Shown: positions 40,101 through 51,078, counted from the whole stretch's first letter. The stretch is 63,947 nucleotides of DNA, filler included, from 5 parts of 5 records of this genome joined end to end with filler, not necessarily neighbours in it; one strand, 5' to 3'. The notes: generated by a model from the letters alone, not told the origin. A program made the numbers and translations.

Positions 40101-41774
40101 ATGGAATTGGTTTATTTGTGGGTTGAGGATTATAAAAATATAAAAAAACAAGGTTTTAATTTTTCTCCTAGATTTAAGTGTGAGTATGATGAAGAAAAAA
40201 ATGAATTGACTATTGATGAAAATAAAGATTATGTGAGTATTTTTCCTGAGAACATAAACATTAGTGCTATTGTTGGTGAAAATGGAGCTGGTAAAAGTAG
40301 TATATTTGAAATACTTTTATCAGAATATAAAAAACAAGAAAAAGATATTCTTGTAATTGTAAACACGGTTGAAGGTTTAAAATATATATCAAATAACATT
40401 AAACTTAAGAATTTTTCTCAAGACAATGATAAACTTATAAAAAGAATTATATATTTTTCAAATACCTTAAGCAGTATTACTAATAAAGAAAATATTCCTG
40501 AAACAATTCAAAATCATATACCTAAAAGATTTGAACAAGATTTGGCAAAACTCTACAAAGAGTTATTTAAAGATGATTATTTTTCTATTTATGAAACTGA
40601 AGTAGGATTATTTACGCTTAACCTACAAGAAGTTCTGGCTAAAAATCCAAATACATTTATGAAATTAGACTCAAGAGTTTCTTTTACAAAATTCAAATAT
40701 CAGTTAGATTTTTCAATATTAATGAAAAACATAAAAAATAATAATTTTTATCATAAATCAATAATAAGAAGTAAAAATGATCCAACTAGTCAACTTTTAA
40801 AATTCATACTTATTTCAAGATGGAAATCTTCATTCTTTTATAATAAAGATGTAGATCTGATTCTTAAAAAAAACAGAAAAATATTTACTAATGAATTATT
40901 TTCTATTAAAGATTATAAACTTATAAATAGTCAGTTAAATGAATTAAGTGAGATAAAAGAATATAGTTATGATAATATCGAAAGGTTTATTAGTATCTTC
41001 GACTATAAAAAAAATGAAATGTGGGTATCAAATAATTTTTATTCAATAGAAAATAAAGATGTTAATCCATTACTAAATTGTTGGAGATTTTTCTTTTATT
41101 CTAGAATCAATTTTTACAAAGATTCGAATGAAGAATTAGATTACTTATCACTAAGTTCTGGGGAAAGAGAATATATTAAGCTTTTAACAACATACATATA
41201 TACACTGATAAAAAACAACAATAATAAAATTTATTTTTTAGATGAAGTAGATTTATCTTTACATCCAAATTGGCAGAAAAGAATAATTTATGATTTAATA
41301 CAATTTACAAAAATGTTTAATGATAAAAATAAAATTCAATTGATATTTTCAACACATTCTCCGTTTATTCTTTCAGATTTATCAAAAGAAAATGTAATGT
41401 TTTTAGAAAAAGGGAAACAAATTGATATTGGGATTAAACCATTTGGAGCAAATATTCACACCTTACTTTCTCATGGCTTTTTTATGAAAGATGGACTTAT
41501 GGGTGAATTTGCAAAAAATAAAATTTCAAAAATATTAAAATTTTTAAAAGAAGAAAATTCATTTATCGACTTAGAAGTTAAATTTTTACCTCCATTAAAA
41601 ATACAAGCTAACTTTTTTGAAAAATATTTAAAACCTATTATAGAATTTATTGGTGAAGATTTTTTAAAAGAAAAACTTTTAAAAATGTATGAAATCAAAT
41701 TTCCTAAATCAAATGAAGCAAAAATTAGAGAATTAGAAGATGAAATAAAAAGATTAAAAAATGCTACAAATTAA
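40101..41774 (+). CDS. ABC-type (AAA_15/AAA_21) ATPase, Septu PtuA-like defence ATPase
   Basis: Walker A GENGAGKSS, LSSGE signature, FLDEVDLSLHPNWQK, STHSPFILSD, FGANIH..GFF..GLMGEFA; no TM segments; coupled to an HNH gene. Confidence 0.85.
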   Translation: MELVYLWVEDYKNIKKQGFNFSPRFKCEYDEEKNELTIDENKDYVSIFPENINISAIVGENGAGKSSIFEILLSEYKKQEKDILVIVNTVEGLKYISNNIKLKNFSQDNDKLIKRIIYFSNTLSSITNKENIPETIQNHIPKRFEQDLAKLYKELFKDDYFSIYETEVGLFTLNLQEVLAKNPNTFMKLDSRVSFTKFKYQLDFSILMKNIKNNNFYHKSIIRSKNDPTSQLLKFILISRWKSSFFYNKDVDLILKKNRKIFTNELFSIKDYKLINSQLNELSEIKEYSYDNIERFISIFDYKKNEMWVSNNFYSIENKDVNPLLNCWRFFFYSRINFYKDSNEELDYLSLSSGEREYIKLLTTYIYTLIKNNNNKIYFLDEVDLSLHPNWQKRIIYDLIQFTKMFNDKNKIQLIFSTHSPFILSDLSKENVMFLEKGKQIDIGIKPFGANIHTLLSHGFFMKDGLMGEFAKNKISKILKFLKEENSFIDLEVKFLPPLKIQANFFEKYLKPIIEFIGEDFLKEKLLKMYEIKFPKSNEAKIRELEDEIKRLKNATN

Positions 41775-42684
41775 ATTTAATAAAACACTTTTTGATACGC
41801 ATATCAAAGAAATATCTAAATCAATAAAAAACTCTATTGAAGAACAATTAATGAATAATCTAGAACAAAAAGAAAAAGAGTGCTTAGAATTTATAAAAGA
41901 CAATTTAAACTTTATTCTTGAGGCTAATAACTCTAAAATGAAAGAATATATAAAATATTTTAAAAACAATTTTCCGAATAGCATTGGTAAAATAAATACA
42001 AAAGAAAAAAATTGGAAAAGAATATATAAAATACTAAGAAAAGATATTTTTGAAAAAGAGTATAGCAATTGGACACAAAGAACAAAGTATGGTGCGTATA
42101 AGTTTGTAAAAGAATTAGATTTAAAATCTTGTCCTTATTGTAATAGAAATTATACTTTCGTAGTAGATGAAAAAAATGGAAAGTTAAGACCTGAGATAGA
42201 CCATTTTTATCCAAAATCAATTTATCCATTTTTGGCAATGAGCTTTTATAACCTTATACCAAGTTGTTCTATTTGTAACCATACAAAAAAAGATAAAGTA
42301 AATTTAGACTTACTTAATCCATATGAAATAAAAGAAAATGATTTTAAACTAACTTATACACCAAATGACATTAATTTCTTTAACATAGAAAAACAAAAAT
42401 ACAATTATGATAGTTTTGAAATAGATTTTGTATCAACAAATAAAAATATAGAAATATTTAAACTCAAAGAGTTATACAAACAACATAAAGATATTGTTCT
42501 AGAACTTTTGATAAAAAAAGCTTATTATCCTAAAAGTTATATAAAAGAATTAAAAGGTTTTGGCTTTAGTGAAGATGAAATTTACAGATATTTACTTGGT
42601 AATTATAAAAAAGATGAAGATTTACACAAACGCCCTCTTTCAAAACTTATAAAAGATATAAGTGAAGAGTTAGATTTATTATAA
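41761..42684 (+). CDS. HNH endonuclease, Septu PtuB-like
   Basis: CPYC...EIDHFYPKSIYPFLAMSFYNLIPSCSICN; start overlaps the ATPase 3' end. Confidence 0.85.
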   Translation: MLQIKFNKTLFDTHIKEISKSIKNSIEEQLMNNLEQKEKECLEFIKDNLNFILEANNSKMKEYIKYFKNNFPNSIGKINTKEKNWKRIYKILRKDIFEKEYSNWTQRTKYGAYKFVKELDLKSCPYCNRNYTFVVDEKNGKLRPEIDHFYPKSIYPFLAMSFYNLIPSCSICNHTKKDKVNLDLLNPYEIKENDFKLTYTPNDINFFNIEKQKYNYDSFEIDFVSTNKNIEIFKLKELYKQHKDIVLELLIKKAYYPKSYIKELKGFGFSEDEIYRYLLGNYKKDEDLHKRPLSKLIKDISEELDLL

Positions 42685-42695
42685 TCCCTTCACTA

Positions 42696-43568
42696 TTAAT
42701 CTCTTAAACTCTTTATATGTTTTGAAGGAGACATACCAAAATAACTTGAGTACTCTCTACTAAATTGAGAACAACTTTTATATCCAACATAAAATGAAGC
42801 CCCTGCAATATCCATATTCTCTAAAGTCATTAGGCGTTTTGCTTCTTGAAGTTTTATTTTTTTAATATATTGTAAAGGGCTAATACCAACAACAATTTTA
42901 AAATTTTTATGAAAAGATGAGATACTCATATTGACCTCTTTTGCAATATCATCTACCAAAAAGTTATCATAAATATTTTGATTTATTAAAGTAATTGCTT
43001 TTGAGATTTTATAAGAATTACTTTCAATAAAGGCTAATTGTTGTAACTCTTTATTTTGATTTGAGACTAACAATCTATATAAAATCTCTTTTAAATACAA
43101 TTTTGACAAAGCATCTATATCTATTTTATTTAAACTTAACAATCTAAAAACACAATCTTTTAAATTATTGTCCAATCTATAAATAGAAGCACTAAAATTT
43201 GTACTATTTATTTTATTTATTGCAAGTGAAAATTCATTTAGTGCTTGAAAAATCTCATTTTCTTTAAAAGCTATTTGAAGAGAGATAAAAGGTTTATCCT
43301 TTGAAGCTTTAACAGTTTTTCCTGATACTGCTAAATGTGTAGAAGAGATAAAATAAGAGGAACTATCATATTCAAATATTTTATCCCCTACCATGACTTT
43401 TTTTGAACCTTGTAAAATCAAAAATAAGGATGGTTCATAAACACTTTGTAAAATCTCAGAACTATTTGAAGACTTAAAAACCTTTACAAAAGGTATATTT
43501 GTTTTATTTAATCCCTCTTCTAAATCATATTTATTAACTATCTCTTTTATTTTTGATAGAGTATCCAT
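42696..43568 (-). CDS. AraC-family regulator (YqhC-type, AraC_N domain)
   Basis: YEPSLFLILQGSK, ASKDKPF, MSISSFHKNFK...SPLQYIK...VGYKSCSQFSREY. Confidence 0.92.
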   Translation of the reverse strand: MDTLSKIKEIVNKYDLEEGLNKTNIPFVKVFKSSNSSEILQSVYEPSLFLILQGSKKVMVGDKIFEYDSSSYFISSTHLAVSGKTVKASKDKPFISLQIAFKENEIFQALNEFSLAINKINSTNFSASIYRLDNNLKDCVFRLLSLNKIDIDALSKLYLKEILYRLLVSNQNKELQQLAFIESNSYKISKAITLINQNIYDNFLVDDIAKEVNMSISSFHKNFKIVVGISPLQYIKKIKLQEAKRLMTLENMDIAGASFYVGYKSCSQFSREYSSYFGMSPSKHIKSLRD

Positions 43569-43580
43569 CTTTTGCCTTTT

Positions 43581-44315
43581 TTATATAAATCCACCATTTA
43601 CTCTAATTGTTTGACCTGTAATCCATTGAGACTTCTCATCAATCAATAACTCAACACTATTTGCTATATCTTCAACATTTCCTAAACGACCAAAAGAGTT
43701 CATTTTACTTAAATTATCAATTTGTTCTTTAGATTTTCCTTCTAAAAATAAATTTGTTGCAACAGGACCAGGGGCAATCGCATTTATTGTAATACCCTTT
43801 GTTCCAAACTCTTTTGCCAATTGTCTTGTTATTTGTTCAACTGCTCCTTTTGATGCTGCATATACACTATATGCAGGAAACATTACACCAGTTACAGAGG
43901 TTGAAATATTTATAATTCTACCATTCTTACTTAAATGTTTCATTGCTTGTTGACAAGAAAAGAATGTACCTTTTACATTAGTTAGAAACTGTCTATCAAA
44001 CTCTTCTTCAGTTACATCCTTTAATAGATTGTTTTCCATAATCCCTGCATTGTTTATTAAAATATCTATTTTTCCAAACTCATTTAATACATCTTCAAAT
44101 AGTTTTTCTATCTCTTTTATTTTTGAAATATCTGCTTTAAATGCAATTGCACTTCCACCTGATGAAACTATTTCATCTACTAAATTTTGAGCTTCTTGCT
44201 TATTACTATTATAGTTTATAACTACTGTGATATTTAATTTTGCTAAATGTAAGGCAATCTGTTTACCAATCCCTTTAGATGAACCAGTGATAATAGCTAC
44301 TTTGTTTTTAATCAT
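43581..44315 (-). CDS. Short-chain dehydrogenase/reductase
   Basis: TGSSKGIG, NNAG, YAASK, APGP. Confidence 0.95.
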   Translation of the reverse strand: MIKNKVAIITGSSKGIGKQIALHLAKLNITVVINYNSNKQEAQNLVDEIVSSGGSAIAFKADISKIKEIEKLFEDVLNEFGKIDILINNAGIMENNLLKDVTEEEFDRQFLTNVKGTFFSCQQAMKHLSKNGRIINISTSVTGVMFPAYSVYAASKGAVEQITRQLAKEFGTKGITINAIAPGPVATNLFLEGKSKEQIDNLSKMNSFGRLGNVEDIANSVELLIDEKSQWITGQTIRVNGGFI

Positions 44316-44371
44316 TTTAAATCCTTATTGAAAATTTAAAATGATTATAAAATTAATACTTAATTATACAA

Positions 44372-44397
44372 AGGCAATTTGTATACTATTTTTGCCT
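44372..44397. promoter_or_regulatory. Putative operator for the YqhC-type AraC regulator upstream of the SDR gene
   Basis: AGGCAA-N14-TTGCCT inverted repeat 57-82 nt upstream of the SDR start. Confidence 0.4.
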
Positions 44398-44417
44398 ATT
44401 TCTACTTTTTGTAAAAA

Positions 44418-45326
44418 TCAATCTTTTTGTTTTGCCCAAAATCCAGCTGCTATTGAGCCAGAAATATTATGCCAGATACTAAATATTGCTCCTGGAAGTG
44501 CACTTAAAGCTGTGAAATATTTCATTCCTAAAACTACTGCTAAGCCTGAGTTTTGCATCCCTACTTCTATAGCAACAGTTTTACACTCTTTTTTAGAAAA
44601 TCCAAAGTATTTTGCCAGATAATATCCACCAAGCATCCCAACTAAATTATGCAGAGCAATTGATAACATAAGAGAAAGTGCTATTGTTGAAATTTTACTT
44701 TCGTTTATTCCTATTATAATTCCAATAATAAAAACTATGGAAACTATAGATAAAAATGCAAAAATATCATGTCTTTTTTCAATATATTTGTCAAAAAAGT
44801 GGTTTATTATAAGTCCAATAACTACAGGTATAAATACTATTTTTAAAATACTAAACAACATATCTAAAGCTGGAACAGGAACTGTTTGTCCCACATAAAA
44901 AAGTGTTAAATATGGAGTTACAATTATCGATAAAAGAGTTGAGCAAATAGTCATAGTAATTGATAATGCCACATCTGCTTTAGCTAAATAAGCGATTACA
45001 TTTGAAGCTGTTCCTCCTGAAACTGCACCAACAAGAACCATTCCAACTAATAACTCATCTGATAGATTAAAAATTTTTGAAATTGTGAATGCGGCTAAAG
45101 GCATTAGTAAAAACTGTAAAGATACCGCAAGAGCTATCACTTTTGGTCTTTTTAAAACCCTTTTAAAATCATCAATTTTTAAAGTTATTCCCATACAAAA
45201 CATAATCAATATCAATAAAGGAATAATCCAAGATTTAAAACCAACAACTAAACTTGGATTGAAATAAGATATTGCTGAGAATAGTATTGCCCAAAGGGGA
45301 AATAGTATAGATATTTTTTTTAACAT
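44418..45326 (-). CDS. Bile acid:sodium symporter family transporter (PanS-like)
   Basis: MFCMGITL, GGTASNVIAYLAKADVALS, IEVGMQNSGLA, IFSIWHNISG. Confidence 0.92.
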   Translation of the reverse strand: MLKKISILFPLWAILFSAISYFNPSLVVGFKSWIIPLLILIMFCMGITLKIDDFKRVLKRPKVIALAVSLQFLLMPLAAFTISKIFNLSDELLVGMVLVGAVSGGTASNVIAYLAKADVALSITMTICSTLLSIIVTPYLTLFYVGQTVPVPALDMLFSILKIVFIPVVIGLIINHFFDKYIEKRHDIFAFLSIVSIVFIIGIIIGINESKISTIALSLMLSIALHNLVGMLGGYYLAKYFGFSKKECKTVAIEVGMQNSGLAVVLGMKYFTALSALPGAIFSIWHNISGSIAAGFWAKQKD

Positions 45327-45546
45327 AATTTTCCATTTGTGATTTTAATTTGTGAAAATATACTATATTTTTAATAACTCTTAACTTTGTTAAATTTACA
45401 AACTTTAAATATTTTATTATTTTTGGCTATTTTTTATTATTTTTAAATCTATTTTTAGATTACTTTGTTATAGTTTGAGCTCAGAAATTACAACCTATTT
45501 AAAAAAATATATTTGTAAATTTTAAATTATTTATAAAAGGAAAGCT

Positions 45547-47886
45547 ATGAAATCAATCATTTCAACAACACTGATATTGCTGTTTTTTACTGCTTGTAGC
45601 AGTCTAAATATGGCTAATGTAGATAAACAAACTATCCCACAAAAGCAAAAACTAATTTCTCAAGCAAATAAGGGAAATATTAAAGCTATGATTAAATTAA
45701 ATGAATATTATCAATACCCTGAAACTAAGGAGGGATTTGACTACTATGATAAATGGTATGATACTGTTCTAAAAAGTAAAAATAATAAAGATATTATTCA
45801 ATTTAGTGATATCTACTCAAAATATAGTGATATGTTTATAAATGGTCAGGATAAATATTTAGCTCTTCTTGAAGTCGCTTCTGATAATGGAAACAAAGAA
45901 GCTATGCTTAAACTTATTGCAAATTATAGCAGTAGATATCAAACTGATAATTTACAAAGAATTCAAAACCTCTATCTAAAAGATGCGAGTAGTGAAAATA
46001 TTATAGAACTATATGATTATTATATAACTTCATATAAAACTAAACATGCAAAAAATCTACTAAAAACTCTAAAAGAGACTAAGTTAATAGACAAAGATAC
46101 AGAAAGAATATTAAATTTTAAACAGTATATCCATGAAAAAAACAGAGCTAAAATCGAAGAATTAGCACCTCAAATTTTACAATCTAACAATGAAAAAATC
46201 ATACTAAATTGTGCAAACTTTTTAAATAAAAGATATATAATAAAAGAGGCGATTAAATTTTATGAAAAAGCAATTGAGTTAGGTAATGATGATATAAATA
46301 CATACTTAGCTTTTATTAAACTATATAAAAGAGAAGTTGACTCAAAAGATAAAGAGGGTTTAAATAAATTAATAAAAATAGCAGAAAAAGCAGCACTTAA
46401 AGATAATTACGAAGCAACATATACTCTTTTTAATCTATATTCAAAATACTCTGAATATACCAAAAACTATACTACAATCAAAAACAAAATTTTAGAACTT
46501 AATGAATCAAAAAGAGCATTAGCCGATTACTACTATAATAATAGTAAAAGGGGAAAAGCTGGTGAACTTTTAGATGAATTAGCAAATAATGGAAACAAAG
46601 AGGCAATAATAACTTTGGCAACAAGAAAAAGTTACAGCTATAGGAATGATGTAGAACAGAATAAACTTATAGACAAATGGAAAAAGTATATATTAAATAG
46701 CAATGACCCTAAACTACTTACACTATATAATAAAAAAACCGCAAATAGAAGTTCAGATAAAGAGATTAAAGAGATAGATACTAATAATATTATTACACTA
46801 AGAGCATTATACAAAAAGAATAGATACAAAGATGAAAACTTAGCAAAAAAATACCTTGAAAAAGCTGCTAGTTTTGGCGATGTCTATAGTATATACAATT
46901 TAGCAAAATATTATGCAAGAAGTTCAAAAAAAGAGGATAAAGATAAGGCTTTAGAGATATATAAAATCTTAGTAGAAAAAGGTGATATCTCAGCGACAAG
47001 ACATTTAGCAGATATATACTTTCAAGAAGCTAGAGATAAAAAAGATATAAAAAAGATGGAAAAGGGATTAAAATATCTTGAAAAAGCATCTACTTTAGGA
47101 GATAACTATTCAACAAAAAAATTAGCTAGATTCTATCTTTGTGGAGAATGTAAAGAAAGTGGTTTTGATTTAGTTGATTATAAAAAAGCAAAATTTTATC
47201 TTGAAAGATTAGAAGAACTTGGTGATAAAAGTGCAATATTTAGCCTTGGATGGATATATGATAATGGCCATGGAGTTAAAAAAAATAAAGAAAAAGCGGA
47301 AGAATACTACATAAAAGCTGCCAAAGCAGGTTACCCTTTGGGTTATTATAATGCAGCTTATATCTATTATAAAGGCGAGAATAAAGATTACAAAAAAGCT
47401 TTAGCGTACCTAAAAATGGGTGAAAAAGAGAATCAAGATGAGTGTATAAATCTTCTTGGTATATTTTATGAAAATGGATATGGAGTTAAAAAAGATATAA
47501 ATAAGGCCGTTTCATACTATAAAAGAGCCTCTAAATACAATGGTTATGCTTCTTTTAACCTTGGGAAATATTATAGAATTGAAAAAAATTATGATGAAGC
47601 CTTAAAATATTTAAAGCTAGGTATAAGACAAGGAAATAGTAATGCCACAAATGAACTAGGTTTTATGTATGAAAAAGGACTAGGAGTTAAAAAAGATATC
47701 AATAAAGCTCTTGAATACTACCAAACTGCATATATCGAATCAAAAAATGAAACAGCTGCCTATAATATAGGACTTGTTTACCATTATGGAAAAGGAAATA
47801 TAAAAAAAGATTTAAAGTTAGCAAAAAAATGGTACGAACTATCAAATATTAAAAAAGCAAAAGAGCAATTAGAAAAATTAAAATAG
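45547..47886 (+). CDS. Sel1-repeat lipoprotein
   Basis: Lipobox FTAC; repeats LGxxYxxGxGVKKDxxKAxxYY. Confidence 0.9.
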   Translation: MKSIISTTLILLFFTACSSLNMANVDKQTIPQKQKLISQANKGNIKAMIKLNEYYQYPETKEGFDYYDKWYDTVLKSKNNKDIIQFSDIYSKYSDMFINGQDKYLALLEVASDNGNKEAMLKLIANYSSRYQTDNLQRIQNLYLKDASSENIIELYDYYITSYKTKHAKNLLKTLKETKLIDKDTERILNFKQYIHEKNRAKIEELAPQILQSNNEKIILNCANFLNKRYIIKEAIKFYEKAIELGNDDINTYLAFIKLYKREVDSKDKEGLNKLIKIAEKAALKDNYEATYTLFNLYSKYSEYTKNYTTIKNKILELNESKRALADYYYNNSKRGKAGELLDELANNGNKEAIITLATRKSYSYRNDVEQNKLIDKWKKYILNSNDPKLLTLYNKKTANRSSDKEIKEIDTNNIITLRALYKKNRYKDENLAKKYLEKAASFGDVYSIYNLAKYYARSSKKEDKDKALEIYKILVEKGDISATRHLADIYFQEARDKKDIKKMEKGLKYLEKASTLGDNYSTKKLARFYLCGECKESGFDLVDYKKAKFYLERLEELGDKSAIFSLGWIYDNGHGVKKNKEKAEEYYIKAAKAGYPLGYYNAAYIYYKGENKDYKKALAYLKMGEKENQDECINLLGIFYENGYGVKKDINKAVSYYKRASKYNGYASFNLGKYYRIEKNYDEALKYLKLGIRQGNSNATNELGFMYEKGLGVKKDINKALEYYQTAYIESKNETAAYNIGLVYHYGKGNIKKDLKLAKKWYELSNIKKAKEQLEKLK

Positions 47887-47912
47887 ATAAGGGGAAATCC
47901 CCCTTATCTTTT
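47885..47912. terminator. Intrinsic terminator between convergent Sel1 and EamA genes
   Basis: AGATAAGGGG / CCCCTTATCT stem followed by Ts. Confidence 0.8.
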
Positions 47913-47920
47913 ATTGTGTT

Positions 47921-48805
47921 TTAATTTTCTAATGATTTTACCTCTTTTTTATTTATAAGATTCATAGCAACTAAAACTGTTAATATCCCAATTAAAACAT
48001 TAAACTCAATACCTTTGCCTAAGATAAAATATCCAATCAAAGCAGATGCAACTGGTAACAAATAAAATAAAGAGGAAACTTTTGAAACCTCCCCATGTCT
48101 AATCATATAATAAAGTAAAGACATAACTCCAATACTAGCCATAATAGACATATAACTTAAAGCTATTACAAATTCACTGTTAAAATCAAGTCTAATATCT
48201 TCTGTAAAAAGTAAAGGCAATACAATAATTGCAGATACAAAAGTTTGAATAACTCCACCAGTTACTAGATTCATATTTGAACAATATTTTTTTTGATATA
48301 AACTTCCAAAACTCATACTAAACAAACCTAAAAGGGCAAACAATACACCAACAAACTCTTTACTTGAGATTTGATTTTGCATACCTAAAACTAAAGCAAC
48401 TCCTAAAAATCCTAACAAAAGCCCAAACCAAGCTTTTGCACTAACTTTTTCATCTAAAAACTTCATAGCAAAAAATGAAACAATAATAGGTTGTAAAGAT
48501 ATTATCAAAGAACAAAAAGCTGGAGATAAACCATAATCAATAGAATTAAAACATCCTATAGAAAAAAGTCCAACTGATAATATTCCTGCAACACTTATAT
48601 GAAAAATCTCTTTTAAACTCTTTGGAAAACTAGATTTAAAAATGAAAGCGACCACTAAAAGAACAATAAAAGCAAATAGATATCTAAGCTCTTGAAAAGT
48701 CATACTACTTACATAAGTAAGCCCCATTTTTATAAATACAAACCCTGCACCTGATAGTGTAATAAAAGATAAGGGTACTATAAATGATTTGATATTTAAC
48801 ATCAT
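47921..48805 (-). CDS. EamA/DMT family transporter
   Basis: About 10 TM segments; two EamA repeats; GSLYQKKY, GEVSKVSSLFYLLP. Confidence 0.9.
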   Translation of the reverse strand: MMLNIKSFIVPLSFITLSGAGFVFIKMGLTYVSSMTFQELRYLFAFIVLLVVAFIFKSSFPKSLKEIFHISVAGILSVGLFSIGCFNSIDYGLSPAFCSLIISLQPIIVSFFAMKFLDEKVSAKAWFGLLLGFLGVALVLGMQNQISSKEFVGVLFALLGLFSMSFGSLYQKKYCSNMNLVTGGVIQTFVSAIIVLPLLFTEDIRLDFNSEFVIALSYMSIMASIGVMSLLYYMIRHGEVSKVSSLFYLLPVASALIGYFILGKGIEFNVLIGILTVLVAMNLINKKEVKSLEN

Positions 48806-48812
48806 TTTCCTC

Positions 48813-48865
48813 CTTGACTAGTTAGTCAAGTGGAAGTATAGCAAAAGCTTGACTAATTAGTTAAG
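48813..48865. promoter_or_regulatory. Two TetR-type operators flanking the EamA promoter
   Basis: CTTGACTAGTTAGTCAAG (48813-48830) and CTTGACTAATTAGTTAAG (48848-48865) palindromes around a TGn-TATACT -10 (48835-48843, minus strand); adjacent TetR gene. Confidence 0.8.
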
Positions 48866-48877
48866 ACTTTTGAAAAT

Positions 48878-49450
48878 CTATTTTTTGATTGAGTTTAGGA
48901 AAAATTCCAATTGAGAGAAACAGTCATAAAACACTTGACCATTTTGAGATTTTTTAGCTGTACCTAAGCACCCTTCTACTGATGCAACTATAAAGATTGC
49001 TAAAGCTCTTGTATCTTCATATTCTATCTCATTTGCTTTTTTTGCATTTTCTAAAGCTTTTTCAATAATTTGTTCAAAGTTTAAATACACATCTTCCAAT
49101 GCATTTTTAAAATCTTCATCTTTAGAAGAAAGCTCTTGAACAAAGTTATTGATTTTACAACCTATATTAAAATCAAACAAGTCTTGTTTTTTAAAAAGTT
49201 TTAAAATCTCTTCTATAATATTTGATTCATAATCTAATAAAACAGAATATCTTTCATTTGAGTACTTTTTTAGTCGCTCTTTTATAACTGCTAAAGTTAA
49301 CTCTTTTTTTGATTTAAAGAAGTGATACATACTTCCTTTGTTCATATTTGCTTTTTTTAAAATCTTATCTATTGATGTTGCATAATATCCATATTTATAA
49401 AACTCTTCATAAGCTACATCAAGTAGTTTTTCTCTTGTTTCATTCATCAT
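48878..49450 (-). CDS. TetR/AcrR-family regulator
   Basis: GYYATSIDKILKKANMNKGSMYHFFKSKKEL; GC motif in the C-domain. Confidence 0.93.
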   Translation of the reverse strand: MMNETREKLLDVAYEEFYKYGYYATSIDKILKKANMNKGSMYHFFKSKKELTLAVIKERLKKYSNERYSVLLDYESNIIEEILKLFKKQDLFDFNIGCKINNFVQELSSKDEDFKNALEDVYLNFEQIIEKALENAKKANEIEYEDTRALAIFIVASVEGCLGTAKKSQNGQVFYDCFSQLEFFLNSIKK

Positions 49451-49457
49451 CTATTCT

Positions 49458-50090
49458 TTATTTTGAAAAAGCAACTTTTAAACCAAGTAAAATTAATACA
49501 GAGCCAATTACTCTGTCAAACCATTTACCAAATGAGTTTAAAAATTCTCTTACTTTGTTTTGGCTCAAGATTAGAGATAAACATACAAACCAAACCATAG
49601 TTGCTAAGATACAAAATAGACCATAAAATGCTTGAATATATAAAGGTGTATCAATACTTATTACAACTGTAAACATTGATAAGAAAAATAAAGTTGCTTT
49701 TGGGTTTAAAGCATTACATAAAAATCCTACCCAAAACGATTTAAAATCACTCATATTTTTATCTGCTTTTAAAGCACTGTTATCAAGCTTAATCCCTTTT
49801 GATTTTAAACTTTGATACCCAATATAGATTAAATATGCTGCCCCTAGATATTTTATTATATTAAATAAAATTATTGATTTTGAGATAATAAGCCCTATTC
49901 CTAAAATTGAATAGATGATGTGTACAGAGATACCAAGTCCTATTCCAATACTAGAAAAAATAGATGAACGTTTTCCATAAGTGATACTTTGTTTTAGTAT
50001 CATAGCAAAATCAGGTCCAGGAGATAAAAGTGCCAAAAACATAGCCCCTGCTAAAATTAAAAATTCATGTAAATAAAGTGAACAATCCAT
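49458..50090 (-). CDS. LysE/RhtB family exporter
   Basis: SPGPDF, GAAYLIYIG, NALNPKATLFF. Confidence 0.93.
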   Translation of the reverse strand: MDCSLYLHEFLILAGAMFLALLSPGPDFAMILKQSITYGKRSSIFSSIGIGLGISVHIIYSILGIGLIISKSIILFNIIKYLGAAYLIYIGYQSLKSKGIKLDNSALKADKNMSDFKSFWVGFLCNALNPKATLFFLSMFTVVISIDTPLYIQAFYGLFCILATMVWFVCLSLILSQNKVREFLNSFGKWFDRVIGSVLILLGLKVAFSK

Positions 50091-50091
50091 A

Positions 50092-51078
50092 CTAATTCCT
50101 TTTTTGTCCAGGTTTTGGTTGGCTTACTTGTTTTTGCATCTCAATACTTAAGTTGTGATAGAAAAGCTCACCATAATCTGTTGTTCTGTTTATTGTTTCA
50201 TAGGCTTGTGCCAAAGTGTTATTGTATCTTACTGCATCTTCTAAAATTTTTATAATTTTGATTGATTCTAAAAAATTAATATGACTTGGAGCTTCAATTG
50301 GAGAGGAATAATACTTGTGCATTCTTTCAACCAAGTTTTTATTTCTAATCTCTATAAACACAGACTCAATTGGAGACTTAAAGAAAAGAATCTTTTGTTT
50401 TACATTAATTGAGATATATGTTGTTTCCATCCCATATATTTTCCTTGAAAAAGAATCAAATAAAAAAAGCTTTTTGTTGTAGTTGTTATTAAACAATTCA
50501 TATATCAACTCTAAGATTTTTATTTTTTCCTCTTTTGTATAAAAGTTACCAATCGAAGCAAAACAGAAAGTTAATACAGATTTTATAGAATACCACTCTG
50601 TTGTATCATAATCGTATTTCAACATTTGTTGAATTCTTGCTTGTTTTAACTCTTCAACACTGTTCATATCGTTTGATATTCTTGTTCTATAGATTCTTTT
50701 TACAGCAGTATCTCTATACATAGGTCCTGGAAACTGAGATTGGATTACAAACCTTCTATTTTTTTCAATCTCCATTATGTATCTTAATCTACCAAAATAA
50801 TCTTCATCTATGATTCTTACTTCTTTTTGAGGTATTTGAGTAATTGATTTTATAAACTCTTCCCCTGCACACCCCTCTTCCCAAATAAAATCAGGGTATC
50901 TAAAAATCTGACAGATTTTATTTTTCACATCATCATTTGGTTCTATATCAGAAATGTTGTCAATCCATGATGTTACAGTTCTTCTGTCTTTCTGGATTAA
51001 TGAAGCAAATTTAGATATACTTAAATTCGAACGCTTAAATATTTCAATAAACTTTTCTATTCCATTCTTATATGTCAT
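50092..51078 (-). CDS. Hypothetical protein with N-terminal XRE-like HTH, divergent from prpB
   Basis: LSISKFASLIQKDRRTVTSWID helix-turn-helix pattern; rest unrecognised. Confidence 0.65.
   Translation of the reverse strand: MTYKNGIEKFIEIFKRSNLSISKFASLIQKDRRTVTSWIDNISDIEPNDDVKNKICQIFRYPDFIWEEGCAGEEFIKSITQIPQKEVRIIDEDYFGRLRYIMEIEKNRRFVIQSQFPGPMYRDTAVKRIYRTRISNDMNSVEELKQARIQQMLKYDYDTTEWYSIKSVLTFCFASIGNFYTKEEKIKILELIYELFNNNYNKKLFLFDSFSRKIYGMETTYISINVKQKILFFKSPIESVFIEIRNKNLVERMHKYYSSPIEAPSHINFLESIKIIKILEDAVRYNNTLAQAYETINRTTDYGELFYHNLSIEMQKQVSQPKPGQKRN

Noticed and set aside
39932-42684. Retron (type I-A) system around the ATPase-HNH pair
   Set aside because: No reverse transcriptase; the ~170-bp upstream gap shows no msr-msd inverted repeats and is bounded by a divergent gene start
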